From sequence record NC_009760.1: DNA of 64,000 nucleotides; one strand, 5' to 3'. Position 1 is the first letter of the stretch; each line of letters starts with the position of its first letter. Below the pieces are notes generated by a model. The model saw only the letters and a program-made list of their open reading frames with translations. It was not told where the DNA came from and searched no databases. This document shows positions 20,454 through 29,914 of this stretch, piece after piece. The translations under genes and the position numbers were made by a program.

Positions 20454-21410
20454 CTATGATTCAAGCGACGACTCCGTGTTCTTCATTAACTTCATTGCAT
20501 CAGCTAATTGATTCGATAGAACCACCAGCTTCTTATCAAGTATATCTTCATACTCGGATGCTCTGTCTTGTAAATCCACCACACGTTTTGCATATCGCTG
20601 AACAGTTTTGACACTGGCTGTGCCTTTGCCAAGTAAGTCTGCAAAGTCGGCAAGCAATTGATTTGCTTCCTCTGACATTTGTGACTCAACCTGACGTTGT
20701 ACCATATCACGTTGATCGCTCGTATCAATCATTGGAATAACTTCCATAATCGACTTCGACGTTCCCGTATGGTAATCCTCTAAGTCATCAATCACGCCAC
20801 GTAGGTTCTCTAACGTGTTACGTTGATTACGAGGAATGAATGTAGCCCTACCATTCGGCATGATGCTTACATGGTTCATGTCATTTACGACACGACGTAC
20901 AAGATTGTTTACAGTATCCTTAGTATGGAACTGCATCCATTCATTATACAAAGCTTGTGTATCAGACAGCAATACATCATACGGGTATTCTGTTAAGAAA
21001 CTTGAATCCCAACTAATGTCCATTGTGCCTGTTTTCTTTTGAAGAATGAATTTCCCCACTGTAGCATAGCCCAGTTGCTCATTCTTCTTATCCACTAGCT
21101 CTCGTACCAAGTGACGAATCACCATATTGCCATCGGACTTCACTTCACGAACCATCAGTCGTGCTTCGCTCGGTTTTCCTCCGAAGTCTATTGTCACCGT
21201 TGACGTTGCTTTTGCAGTCGCCCGGCGGTAAGCATCATGAGCCTTAATTTCCTGAGGCATGAACTTCGGGTCTAAGCTATTTCTAGCAAAGATTTGCCCT
21301 AAGTCATCCTTATGGATACGAAGGTCTGAAATGGTATGGAACTCTAAGAACCCTAATAATTCGGAAGTTTGCAAGTCTGCATTACTTCTTACTGCTGCTA
21401 CGTTTGCCAT
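20454..21410 (-). CDS. DUF6744/DUF3150-like protein
   Basis: LGFLEFHTISD...HDAYRRAT... with C-terminal coiled coil; family recalled from memory. Confidence 0.55.
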   Translation of the reverse strand: MANVAAVRSNADLQTSELLGFLEFHTISDLRIHKDDLGQIFARNSLDPKFMPQEIKAHDAYRRATAKATSTVTIDFGGKPSEARLMVREVKSDGNMVIRHLVRELVDKKNEQLGYATVGKFILQKKTGTMDISWDSSFLTEYPYDVLLSDTQALYNEWMQFHTKDTVNNLVRRVVNDMNHVSIMPNGRATFIPRNQRNTLENLRGVIDDLEDYHTGTSKSIMEVIPMIDTSDQRDMVQRQVESQMSEEANQLLADFADLLGKGTASVKTVQRYAKRVVDLQDRASEYEDILDKKLVVLSNQLADAMKLMKNTESSLES

Positions 21411-21433
21411 AACTGTTTCCCCTCTCCTAGTAG

Positions 21434-21811
21434 TTACTTAATTTCAAGAGACAACTTCATGTAGGTATCAAAGCCCATCTCGATGTCAAAGAATGCACCG
21501 TATTCAGTTGTCGTGTAGCTAACCGTTTCTGTATTGAATAGCAACGGTAATACATGGTTTAAGTTTGTAGATGGGTCTGTATCTAACCCTTCACGCTTCA
21601 TAATCTCTTCTGCCTTTGGCGTTACATATCCATAATGTAATTCCACATTATCTACTTCAGCAGAATAGACCAAATCCACTTTTACAATACCTTTCGTGCG
21701 AACGAAAGTAGAAGCTAGAGCTTCAATCATCCCTTGTAAATCATTATGTGTTAAGCTGATTTGTACCTTGTCAGCTTTAATCAGAGTGCCAAGTCTGTTT
21801 GTATATGCCAT
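21434..21811 (-). CDS. hypothetical protein
   Basis: Start MAYTN with GGAGG SD. Confidence 0.6.
   Translation of the reverse strand: MAYTNRLGTLIKADKVQISLTHNDLQGMIEALASTFVRTKGIVKVDLVYSAEVDNVELHYGYVTPKAEEIMKREGLDTDPSTNLNHVLPLLFNTETVSYTTTEYGAFFDIEMGFDTYMKLSLEIK
21683..21708 (-). promoter_or_regulatory. hairpin element copy 3 (inside a CDS)
   Basis: TACA-ataccttt-CGTGCGAACG-aaag. Confidence 0.7.
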
Positions 21812-21822
21812 GCTATAACCTC

Positions 21823-22359
21823 CTACCATAGTACGTAATCGTCTTTTAAATGAACGAGTTTCTTCGATAATAAATGACCGATTACATTTGTTCCGCCTAC
21901 AAAGAATCTCACTACTTTCCATTCATCATTCTCAACAACAATGGAGTAGATATAAGCGTCTTGTCTATCCAAGATATAATTTGTTTCATCTCTTGTTAAG
22001 ATGTAATTGTTACTATTTAATCCCTTGAATGCTTTTCTCGGAATTAAATCTGCTTCGTGCATAAAGTCCTGTATATTATCCACTGTCGGTGCAGATGATT
22101 TCACCGGTGGTTCAGGCTTCTTGTATTCAATTATTTCCGGTACAACTTCGTACGCTTTTAAATATGATATTGGAAGGTTCTCACTATGTGCGACAGACTT
22201 CATGGCTTCATGTACTGACCTCGCCTGTATCTTCTTTAGCAAGATTTCCGTATCAAACGGTTCATTTGCTTCTGTTGTATTACCTTTGTCATCGACATCG
22301 TAAATACGAGCGTCTGCATACTTTTCATCCACCATGACTAGATATGTCTTCACAATCAT
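21823..22359 (-). CDS. hypothetical protein
   Basis: Tiled ORF with SD. Confidence 0.65.
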   Translation of the reverse strand: MIVKTYLVMVDEKYADARIYDVDDKGNTTEANEPFDTEILLKKIQARSVHEAMKSVAHSENLPISYLKAYEVVPEIIEYKKPEPPVKSSAPTVDNIQDFMHEADLIPRKAFKGLNSNNYILTRDETNYILDRQDAYIYSIVVENDEWKVVRFFVGGTNVIGHLLSKKLVHLKDDYVLW

Positions 22360-22399
22360 CCCTCCTTGTTACTTATAGTGTTACCAAATGTAATGCTAA

Positions 22400-22840
22400 T
22401 TATGCAGCAAACTCTACATAAAATTCATTCATGTCTACCTTCGCTGCACCTACAAGATACCCAATCACACCATTCGTATTAATCGTGTCATCAGATACAA
22501 TCCAGTGACCGTGTATATTTTCTTTCACGGCATAGAATCTCAATGTACGACCTGCTTCTACAGATAACACCTGTACATGGTCGAGTGTGTGAAGATACTG
22601 TGCATTACCAGGAACACGGTCAGTCTTACGAAGAAGATTCGCGGCTATAATGAAATCTTCAAATGACATGTCGGTACGATCATCGTTACCCTCTTCCATC
22701 ATTGCGTTGATAGTGTTTAACATCCTATCTTTGACAGCATCATCTATACCCATTTCACCATCGAAATACTCGTCCTCATAATCAAAATCCATATCCTCAT
22801 TAACTTGCGGATTCATCTTCATCACCTTCATCGTCTCCAC
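22400..22840 (-). CDS. hypothetical protein
   Basis: Tiled ORF. Confidence 0.6.
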   Translation of the reverse strand: METMKVMKMNPQVNEDMDFDYEDEYFDGEMGIDDAVKDRMLNTINAMMEEGNDDRTDMSFEDFIIAANLLRKTDRVPGNAQYLHTLDHVQVLSVEAGRTLRFYAVKENIHGHWIVSDDTINTNGVIGYLVGAAKVDMNEFYVEFAA

Positions 22841-23048
22841 AAATTACTAAATGGAAGTATTCTTCTGTAACCAGTTTATCCATTGTTGTTTCATGCGTAC
22901 ATGTGTAACATTCAACGTCTGTCGGTTGTAGTTCTTCTGTTGGGCTGACATTAATTGTCTTACCGCTTCCATCACATACAACAACGGCTGTCATATTTTT
23001 GTGGTACTTAAATATTCCACCGCCACATTCCGGGCATACTTTTGTCAT
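22800..23048 (-). CDS. small zinc-ribbon protein
   Basis: CPECG...CYTC. Confidence 0.6.
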   Translation of the reverse strand: MTKVCPECGGGIFKYHKNMTAVVVCDGSGKTINVSPTEELQPTDVECYTCTHETTMDKLVTEEYFHLVICGDDEGDEDESAS

Positions 23049-23117
23049 ACAAATCTAACCTCCTCTGGTTCTTACCACTGGTTATCTATATGAACTAGGG
23101 CATTACCCTAGAGAATC

Positions 23118-23142
23118 TACGTAATAGTGCGTGCGAACGCAC
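23118..23142 (-). promoter_or_regulatory. hairpin element copy 4
   Basis: TACG-taatagtg-CGTGCGAACG-cac. Confidence 0.65.
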
Positions 23143-23151
23143 AAAAGATGT

Positions 23152-23526
23152 TTAAAACATGTGTCTTCCTTTACGTTTTGCTTCCTTCATCGCCTTACGT
23201 CGTGCTTCACGATTTTGATATAGTTCAACCGGGTACTTCATTGATTCGTTTATCTTTTCTATAAACTGTTCATCTAAACTTTGTGCAACTCTTGGAGCAG
23301 CGATAATTTCAATTTGCTCCTGTATATCCTGCAATACGATATGGTTACTTATCTTCGCTAATTCCGCCATTGCCTCAGGACTTAATTTACCACTTTGAGA
23401 ACCAACAACGATGTATTTCTTTTCTTTTTCATTTATTTCTGATATTCCTTCATAAAACGCCTCTAATGCATCAGGATCCATTCGGCCACTCGCATCATCA
23501 ACGATGATTAATTGCTCTCTTTCCAC
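23152..23526 (-). CDS. hypothetical protein
   Basis: GTG start after GAGGGAG. Confidence 0.55.
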   Translation of the reverse strand: MEREQLIIVDDASGRMDPDALEAFYEGISEINEKEKKYIVVGSQSGKLSPEAMAELAKISNHIVLQDIQEQIEIIAAPRVAQSLDEQFIEKINESMKYPVELYQNREARRKAMKEAKRKGRHMF

Positions 23527-23788
23527 GGTTCTCCCTCGCTTCTTTACGGCGTTGCGCACGGTTCTTAAAATTCATCGCATCAATTTGACGTTGCTCTGCT
23601 AAGACCATCGCTTCTTGCCATCCATGTAAATGTACATCACTCGGATCAACCGCAAGCATTTTGCCTCGTCCTCCTGTTGCACCAAACATTTCAACAACAA
23701 CACCTTTTGGTATGTTTAGATAAGAATAGGCAGCGGAGTGTGCCGGATTAAACCCGACAACACCCGTGCCTATAGAACGCCTCATCAC
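23498..23788 (-). CDS. hypothetical protein
   Basis: Tiled ORF, overlapping the upstream stop. Confidence 0.55.
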   Translation of the reverse strand: MMRRSIGTGVVGFNPAHSAAYSYLNIPKGVVVEMFGATGGRGKMLAVDPSDVHLHGWQEAMVLAEQRQIDAMNFKNRAQRRKEARENRGKRAINHR

Positions 23789-24288
23789 TTCGCCACCAGA
23801 TGCGCCATATCTTTTGCATCTGTCGCTTTGATTTCGATTTCTTCTGTGCGGTCAAACTCTTCATCCGTTAATGCCATGAACTGAATCATAGCAGGTTTGA
23901 ATTGTCGCCACGCACCACGTTCATGACACCATGCGACAACTTGACCATTCTTCCAATTGTGAGGTTCAATTAAACGTTTTGATATACCGCCTTTTGCATC
24001 TTTGTATTCAATCGCTAACTTCTTACGTTGCGTTGCACTCATTACAATATAAGCGATAAACATCGACGGGTCATCTGTTTGTAGGTCGGAAGTATTTGCC
24101 ACTTTTGTAGACTCTCCCGGCTTCTCGTATGACTTCTCGATGTTGGTGTTGATGAACGCTTTATACATGTTCGCCATCACACCGTCTGGATCGTTTTCCT
24201 TTTCTACTTTGTATGCTTCCACCATAAGTTTCTGAATACGACTAAGCTGTCTATATTCAACTCCGTTATCTGCCACTAATCTCATCAA
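23785..24288 (-). CDS. WYL-domain protein
   Basis: KLAIEYKDAKGGISKRLIEPH...VVAWCHERGAWRQFK. Confidence 0.8.
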   Translation of the reverse strand: MMRLVADNGVEYRQLSRIQKLMVEAYKVEKENDPDGVMANMYKAFINTNIEKSYEKPGESTKVANTSDLQTDDPSMFIAYIVMSATQRKKLAIEYKDAKGGISKRLIEPHNWKNGQVVAWCHERGAWRQFKPAMIQFMALTDEEFDRTEEIEIKATDAKDMAHLVAK

Positions 24289-24736
24289 ACTTCGCCTCCT
24301 GTAATGTATCTTGGAACTCCATTAAATAATACGATGCAATTTGTGCTGGCAAGAAGCCCTCGTCCGGGCGTTCTGTCACATACTTGCTATATGATTTTAG
24401 TAAGAAACGTAACTGCATTTCATTACAGTCCTTCCAATTTCTCGGCCAGTTTTGTTTTGGATGAACATTCATATCCATTAGGTACTCATCTAGGTAACCA
24501 TGACTTAATGCTTCTTTAATTACATCTTCATGATATGCTAGTGTATCTTTACCCGGCTTCTTGCCGTAGTTTGGTAAATCACGCACATCGAATGTCTCCA
24601 TTTCAGGCTCATCTACAACCTGATAGTTGTATTTCATCTTCTCTTCTAATTCATCATGCATATAAGAATGAAAGATGGTAATGCCTCCATAGACGGTTAA
24701 CACTTCTGCTGGTACACGTTTAGATATATACGGCAT
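24266..24736 (-). CDS. hypothetical protein
   Basis: Tiled ORF. Confidence 0.6.
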   Translation of the reverse strand: MPYISKRVPAEVLTVYGGITIFHSYMHDELEEKMKYNYQVVDEPEMETFDVRDLPNYGKKPGKDTLAYHEDVIKEALSHGYLDEYLMDMNVHPKQNWPRNWKDCNEMQLRFLLKSYSKYVTERPDEGFLPAQIASYYLMEFQDTLQEAKFDEISGR

Positions 24737-25083
24737 TATTCAACACTCATTTCCGGATATAGTTTCGTTGCTGACTCAAAGATGGCATTATTACGTGGAT
24801 CAGAATCATTCATGAGTTTATCAGCAGCATGTTTCGCAATCGCAACCATCTGCTCTTTTGTATACTCACCGTTTTGGAATACGTTCTCTACTTCCGATAA
24901 AATGTCCATGTAGTCATAACGTACATGTCCATCGAACGGGAAAACTTCTACACTTTGCACTTCTGCATTAGGCCCCCATGCACCTTCGATACCTGCTTGC
25001 ACGCCTTTACAAAGACTAGAATCCGAAATCATATCTACTTTATCTAATGTCATTGCCACAAGAAATGTCTTCTTCATTACCAC
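24736..25083 (-). CDS. hypothetical protein
   Basis: Tiled ORF. Confidence 0.6.
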   Translation of the reverse strand: MVMKKTFLVAMTLDKVDMISDSSLCKGVQAGIEGAWGPNAEVQSVEVFPFDGHVRYDYMDILSEVENVFQNGEYTKEQMVAIAKHAADKLMNDSDPRNNAIFESATKLYPEMSVE

Positions 25084-25544
25084 TTCATCCCCTCTTTTGG
25101 CGTATATTCTTTTATATTATGCATCGCCGTTTTTGCCTTCTCCATCCCTCCGCTTACACGTTCATGAAGATATTCATTATGTTGATTATTGATATGACTT
25201 GTAATGGTTGCTATATTTTCGTTCGCCATACTCACGGCATCAATCAATCCATTAATCGCTCGCTCCATATGCGCAAGTGACATACGAGTATTCCGTACTC
25301 GTTCAACTTCTATTTCATCATTGAGTGCAACATTCGCTTCACGAGCTAGTTGCGAAAGTTCCCACTCACCCATTGCTTGAATGACTTTATTGGATACGAT
25401 AGGTCGATAGTTCTTTTGTATATCTGTATTTTGAAAGGCTTTCTGCAACTGATACAATTCTTCTTCTGTTGCATTTAGCATCGTAATAAATAACGTAGGT
25501 CTGTCCGATAAACTTACAGGACTTGTTTGATTAATTTCTTCCAC
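25077..25544 (-). CDS. hypothetical protein
   Basis: Tiled ORF. Confidence 0.6.
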   Translation of the reverse strand: MEEINQTSPVSLSDRPTLFITMLNATEEELYQLQKAFQNTDIQKNYRPIVSNKVIQAMGEWELSQLAREANVALNDEIEVERVRNTRMSLAHMERAINGLIDAVSMANENIATITSHINNQHNEYLHERVSGGMEKAKTAMHNIKEYTPKEGMKW

Positions 25545-26278
25545 TCTTCGTCATCCTCCAATACCTTGACTACTTCAAAGTTCGTTGCTTCCATGCGTGC
25601 CTTCATCCAGTTTAATGTTAAGATGATATTCTTCATTGCATCTTCTAAGGATTGCACTTGGTTATCTACAGCTTCGATACCTACCCTATCATTACCACGA
25701 ACTGCTTCATTACGAAGATTTGTTAACCTATCGAAATGACGTTGAAACTGGTCAGATGAACTCATCTCTAGATTTACATCCACATACATATGGTCGGGTT
25801 TATACACATCCCAACGTATTCCTGTTACCCACGGTATCATTGTTCTAATACTATGCGGGTTGCCATACCCGTTTAGTGTATACCCATAAGTCACTTGTGT
25901 GAGTTCATCAAATATCTTCCACTGCGTTGACTCATCCAGTGCCAATGCAGATGGTGGTAATGCAAGGTCATCCTTGATTGTTAACTCTAAATCAACACAA
26001 TACGTTTCACTCTTACTAGGGTCGATTTCGAAGTTATAAAAGCAATGCATAAGGTCTTCCTCTTCGAATAGACTGCCCGAACCTGCATCTACCTGTAATG
26101 GTCGTACATACTGCATATCTGTAAAGTTTACAATTGCTTCGGGGAATGCAATGAGTAATGCGCCATTTTGATTATTCTCATAAATGAATCCCCTTGATCC
26201 ACACTCGACACCAATATTGTTTTCACCATTGGGCCAAAAGTCCTGACTTGCTTCTACCCAGTTCTTTAAGTGAATCAT
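25514..26278 (-). CDS. hypothetical protein
   Basis: 254-aa tiled ORF. Confidence 0.65.
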   Translation of the reverse strand: MIHLKNWVEASQDFWPNGENNIGVECGSRGFIYENNQNGALLIAFPEAIVNFTDMQYVRPLQVDAGSGSLFEEEDLMHCFYNFEIDPSKSETYCVDLELTIKDDLALPPSALALDESTQWKIFDELTQVTYGYTLNGYGNPHSIRTMIPWVTGIRWDVYKPDHMYVDVNLEMSSSDQFQRHFDRLTNLRNEAVRGNDRVGIEAVDNQVQSLEDAMKNIILTLNWMKARMEATNFEVVKVLEDDEEWKKLIKQVL

Positions 26279-26434
26279 TTAGCACGCCACCCTTCCTCGC
26301 TGTGCTGTACTGCTGATAATTGCAGTTGGTTCCTTCGCTAACAACTTTTGGTCTGCCTCACCTGTTGTTTTAGCGTATATAAAATCTGAATGTGGATAAC
26401 CATCCACGTAATACTTAATGTAATACTCAAACAT
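26279..26434 (-). CDS. small hypothetical protein
   Basis: Start MFEYY with AGGAGG. Confidence 0.55.
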   Translation of the reverse strand: MFEYYIKYYVDGYPHSDFIYAKTTGEADQKLLAKEPTAIISSTAQRGRVAC

Positions 26435-26456
26435 GACTACTAACCTCCTTTTGTCG

Positions 26457-26482
26457 TACAAAAAGAGCCGTGCGAACGGCTC
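26457..26482 (-). promoter_or_regulatory. hairpin element copy 5
   Basis: TACA-aaaagagc-CGTGCGAACG-gctc. Confidence 0.7.
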
Positions 26483-26504
26483 CCTGATTTTACATGACTA
26501 AGCG

Positions 26505-26783
26505 TTATCCGATTGCTGGATAATTATCTCTTACGAACTCTGAAATGAAGTATGGTGTTTCTTCTTTTGTATCGTTAGCAAGATAGAATCCCATTTCTTC
26601 TTCACCACTATCTGGATTATAGATGTACTGCACGGTTGTTTGACAGATGTCATATGCCTTTTCATCCGCTACATCTAAGAACTGATAGAACAGTGTCTCA
26701 TCGTCCGCTAATTGAATCTTTAATGCCAATGTATTTGTAATGCTAGATGTTGCCGTGTTATCCCCTTGTAGTACAGCCGCCAT
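26505..26783 (-). CDS. hypothetical protein
   Basis: ORF with AGGAG SD. Confidence 0.6.
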   Translation of the reverse strand: MAAVLQGDNTATSSITNTLALKIQLADDETLFYQFLDVADEKAYDICQTTVQYIYNPDSGEEEMGFYLANDTKEETPYFISEFVRDNYPAIG

Positions 26784-26833
26784 ACGACCACTCCTTTGCT
26801 ATGTTACTTTTAGTATTACCATTTGAAATACTC

Positions 26834-27262
26834 TTATGCATGTTGTGGTAAATAATTCTCATGCTCCGCCATGACCTGCTGACGGTACTTGCTATGTGGC
26901 TTAAACCAAACATCATAGACCATCTTTCTAAGTCTCCGGTCACCGAATAACCGTGCTGGTGGTACTGGTCGTTTCTCGTCGATATACATTGTTACTAATG
27001 TTCTGTCACGATTATCCACGACAATGTTCCATTCGTGATAATATCGTACTTCGGTGTGTTCTGTATCGCCGGGTCTACCGTAGATTGAGAACAACAGCAT
27101 GTAGTTCGCTCGTTTTGTTAACTCTGCGCTACCTACCTTCTGAAATCTTTTACGTGCTTGTTTCTTTTTCGTAGCCTCTGCCATACGTTGACGGAAGCGG
27201 TCTTCAAAGTGTTCACTTGCTTCGTAATACGTTGTTTGATAGTAGTACCGTCTTTTTACCAT
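26834..27262 (-). CDS. hypothetical basic protein
   Basis: Start MVKRR with GAGGAGGTG. Confidence 0.6.
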   Translation of the reverse strand: MVKRRYYYQTTYYEASEHFEDRFRQRMAEATKKKQARKRFQKVGSAELTKRANYMLLFSIYGRPGDTEHTEVRYYHEWNIVVDNRDRTLVTMYIDEKRPVPPARLFGDRRLRKMVYDVWFKPHSKYRQQVMAEHENYLPQHA

Positions 27263-27290
27263 ATCTCTCACCTCCTCTATAGTATAAAGC

Positions 27291-27319
27291 AAAAGACACG
27301 GCATAAGTCACCGTGTCTT
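27291..27319 (-). terminator. intrinsic terminator
   Basis: AAGACACGG/CCGTGTCTT stem plus T tract on the - strand. Confidence 0.7.
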
Positions 27320-27611
27320 GCTGTAAGCGAGGAATAAGTTATCGAACCATCCTCATTATAACATCGTGAAATACTGTATAACAGGTACAATATTTTACAA
27401 TATCATACGTTTTTATCCATCAACCGAATAACCGTATCCTCCGTTCTGTTCGCGACCATACTAGGATTCCTCGAATTATTATGTATCAGAAATGGGTACA
27501 CGATAAACCAACCCTTGTTACCCATTAGGATGAGCCAATCTAAAAAGGGCGAAAAGCAAATGCTCATTCAATACACGATACGCTCATATACTCAATGAGA
27601 ATTTGATATAG

Positions 27612-27725
27612 TGCAACGGGCAGGATTCGAACCTGCGACTTTCTGTATACTCCGGTGACCTCTGTCATGAGCAGTAGTGACCCATCTCCGTATACAGACT
27701 GTTTTACCCCTAAACTACCGGAAGC
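27612..27725 (-). ncRNA. tRNA-like RNA with ~40-nt insertion in the anticodon arm
   Basis: D arm GTTT/AAAC, T arm GCAGG-TTCGAAT-CCTGC, variable loop AAGTC. The TCTGT/ACAGA stem encloses 47 nt instead of 7. Acceptor stem is imperfect and there is no CCA. Confidence 0.6.
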
Positions 27726-27865
27726 ATGGAGAAGAGATACTATGCAGTGCATCCCTTCAACAGTGTGTAAAATTTACATAACGATGAATCGGTTAAAGTC
27801 ATCGTGACATTTTAGCGAGCCTATCGGTTAAATATGGCTCTTGTGGTGGGCTTTGCCCATGATAT

Positions 27866-27892
27866 AAAAAGGAGAGGATATTTCACCTCTCC
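27866..27892 (-). terminator. intrinsic terminator
   Basis: GGAGAGG/CCTCTCC stem plus T5 on the - strand. Confidence 0.65.
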
Positions 27893-28170
27893 GCTCCGAG
27901 TCATGTGATCCTATACAAATAACTCATAAGACTAAACTAACAATAATCGTAGAACCCAATACCAATAATAACCTATAGATAGAGACTAACACTTTGAAAC
28001 CAATTAATATTTTTAGCTAATTAGACCATTGAAAATTAATGAGATACAAAAAACATAGCCAACATATCAAGGCAGGTGTGATTTGCTTTGGAGATAGAAA
28101 TTTAGGCGGGCATTACGCCCATAGGAGGGAACACACGCAGGACTCCCCAGTTCTCGTGCATTCGCCTTTA

Positions 28171-28245
28171 GGTCATCATGTAAGGTTTCGAACCCCATTC
28201 TCTGACATTGTTAGGTCAGCGCTTTACCTATTAAGCTACGATGAC
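28171..28245 (-). tRNA. atypical tRNA or pseudo-tRNA (Val-like AAC, 8-nt anticodon loop)
   Basis: Acceptor GTCATCG/TGATGAC, D arm GCTT/AAGC, anticodon stem CTGAC/GTCAG with loop CTAACAAT, T loop TTCGAAA. Extra CA between T and acceptor stems; no CCA. Confidence 0.6.
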
Positions 28246-28306
28246 ATGAACTCCGGTTACCCGGAGAACAATATAAATCAGTTTTTGTGTATGTAACGGT
28301 AACCTT

Positions 28307-28335
28307 ATTATATAAGGCTTATGTCACAATTGCAA
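28307..28335 (-). promoter_or_regulatory. host sigmaA-type promoter for the tRNA-like region
   Basis: - strand TTGCAA-17 nt-TATAAT. Confidence 0.75.
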
Positions 28336-28351
28336 CACCTTTTTGTAACAT

Positions 28352-29098
28352 TTATTTATTATGATGATACTCATAATATGGTGTACGTGAACCAGCAATA
28401 AAGAAGTTCAAATACGGATCAGGTGTAAGTTCTGCATCCTGCGTCGCACGTCGTACTTTCATACTCGTACCACAATCATGACAGTTTACTTCTTTGACAC
28501 CTTCAGGTACGAAATGATTTGCTTCTGTTTTACAACGATTGTTTGGACACTTGTAGCGTACTTTATATCGCTTCGTGCCGTCACTATCTATTTTGAATCC
28601 TGTCTTCGATGGATCGTTCTCTTCTACGACAGGTTCTTCCTTCTTATTCATAGCAGCCTTCATGCGTTCACCGATTGTTGTACCGAAACCATTTGATTCT
28701 TCGTGTACCACTTCTAATGAATCATGTTTCTTGTTTTCTGCTATCGGATTAAACGGCTCATATGATTCTGCTATTTCTCTAGCGGCTCTTAGTGCTTGTG
28801 GTGGTATATGTTGCACGGGTAAATCAACATCAATATCAGGCATCGTTTGTCGCTTACTCACACGTTGTGATGGTGATACATATTCCACCTGCATACCCTT
28901 CTCTACAATCGTAGGGTCTGAATCACCTAATAGCTTACTGAAATCCATGATAGGTCGTTCTGCTTGTGCAAATTGGAATGCGTGCATCAATGCTTTCTCT
29001 ACTGCAAATTGTTTTAGTTGATCGCTTGGATTCGGAATCTCAAGTTTAATCTCCGGCTCCGATTTAATATGTAGCTTCATTTTCTCTACTGTGTCCAT
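28352..29098 (-). CDS. hypothetical protein with C-terminal zinc ribbon
   Basis: Start MDTVE with GGAGG; RYKCPNNRC...CHDCG. Confidence 0.7.
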   Translation of the reverse strand: MDTVEKMKLHIKSEPEIKLEIPNPSDQLKQFAVEKALMHAFQFAQAERPIMDFSKLLGDSDPTIVEKGMQVEYVSPSQRVSKRQTMPDIDVDLPVQHIPPQALRAAREIAESYEPFNPIAENKKHDSLEVVHEESNGFGTTIGERMKAAMNKKEEPVVEENDPSKTGFKIDSDGTKRYKVRYKCPNNRCKTEANHFVPEGVKEVNCHDCGTSMKVRRATQDAELTPDPYLNFFIAGSRTPYYEYHHNK

Positions 29099-29120
29099 TA
29101 CGGTTCCTCCTCGACAACAG

Positions 29121-29146
29121 AAAAGGCACTCTAATTGAGTACCTTT
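29121..29146 (-). terminator. intrinsic terminator
   Basis: AAAGGTACTC/GAGTGCCTTT stem plus T tract. Confidence 0.6.
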
Positions 29147-29838
29147 AACTGCACGTTTCGTACACCCCAAGATTCAGATGCTTGAAATGACGGCATTAAT
29201 AAGTCTACACGATTTCCTTTAATAGCGCCACCGGTATCTAGTGCCATCGCCTCACCGTATCCTTCCACCCATACTTTACTACCGAGCGGAATGACACTAG
29301 GGTCAACGGCAATCACTTTTGCTCCGGGATTCGCTGATAGGTCATACCCTGTCTTCGTTAATACTCGTCCTCCATATGTACCACCATTTTCACTCGGATG
29401 CGCTGTATAAGCCGTAGCCTTTACAGTGAGTGTTCGCCCGCCGTCTGATGGTGGTATATCACCGGCAGGTTCAGCCTTTTTTGCTTGTAAGTTCTTGACT
29501 TCCTTACGAGCGTTGTCTAAGTCAGCTTGTGCTTTAGACAATTCATTTTGGAGACTGTCAATACGTTCTTTTGACTGTTGCAGTTCTGTTTCTTTATTGT
29601 TCAGGCTATTGTCGAGAATGGTTTTCTCTTCTGTCGCCTTTGCAACTTCGTTCTCCAATCCTGCAATGGTATTATTCTGCGTAGAGACTTTCTTCTCCAT
29701 AACAGAAATGACTTTCTCCTTTTCGAGAAGCGCCTTGTCGTACTTCTTAAATTCGCCTTCTACTTGAAATGCGGAATAGATTACAAAACCTATTGTAAGT
29801 ATTACTGCGAATAATGTTGCGACTTGGTTCCTATTCAT
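29131..29838 (-). CDS. membrane-anchored coiled-coil 3D-domain (cell-wall lytic/binding) protein
   Basis: N-terminal TM helix, coiled coil, then ATAYT...VIAVDPSVIPLGSKV...ALDTGGAIKGNRVDL. Confidence 0.9.
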   Translation of the reverse strand: MNRNQVATLFAVILTIGFVIYSAFQVEGEFKKYDKALLEKEKVISVMEKKVSTQNNTIAGLENEVAKATEEKTILDNSLNNKETELQQSKERIDSLQNELSKAQADLDNARKEVKNLQAKKAEPAGDIPPSDGGRTLTVKATAYTAHPSENGGTYGGRVLTKTGYDLSANPGAKVIAVDPSVIPLGSKVWVEGYGEAMALDTGGAIKGNRVDLLMPSFQASESWGVRNVQLKVLN

Positions 29839-29857
29839 TCGAACAGTCCTTTCTGAA

Positions 29858-29888
29858 AATAACAATAGCCCCCAGTTATGCCGGGGGC
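29858..29888 (-). terminator. intrinsic terminator after VWA gene
   Basis: GCCCCC/GGGGGC stem followed by TATTGTTATTTT. Confidence 0.6.
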
Positions 29889-29914
29889 AAGGTTACATTC
29901 TAGTATAACATACA

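Noticed and set aside
27320-27440. Third tRNA suggested by GGTTCGAT on the - strand
   Set aside because: No consistent T stem, acceptor stem or anticodon stem could be built.
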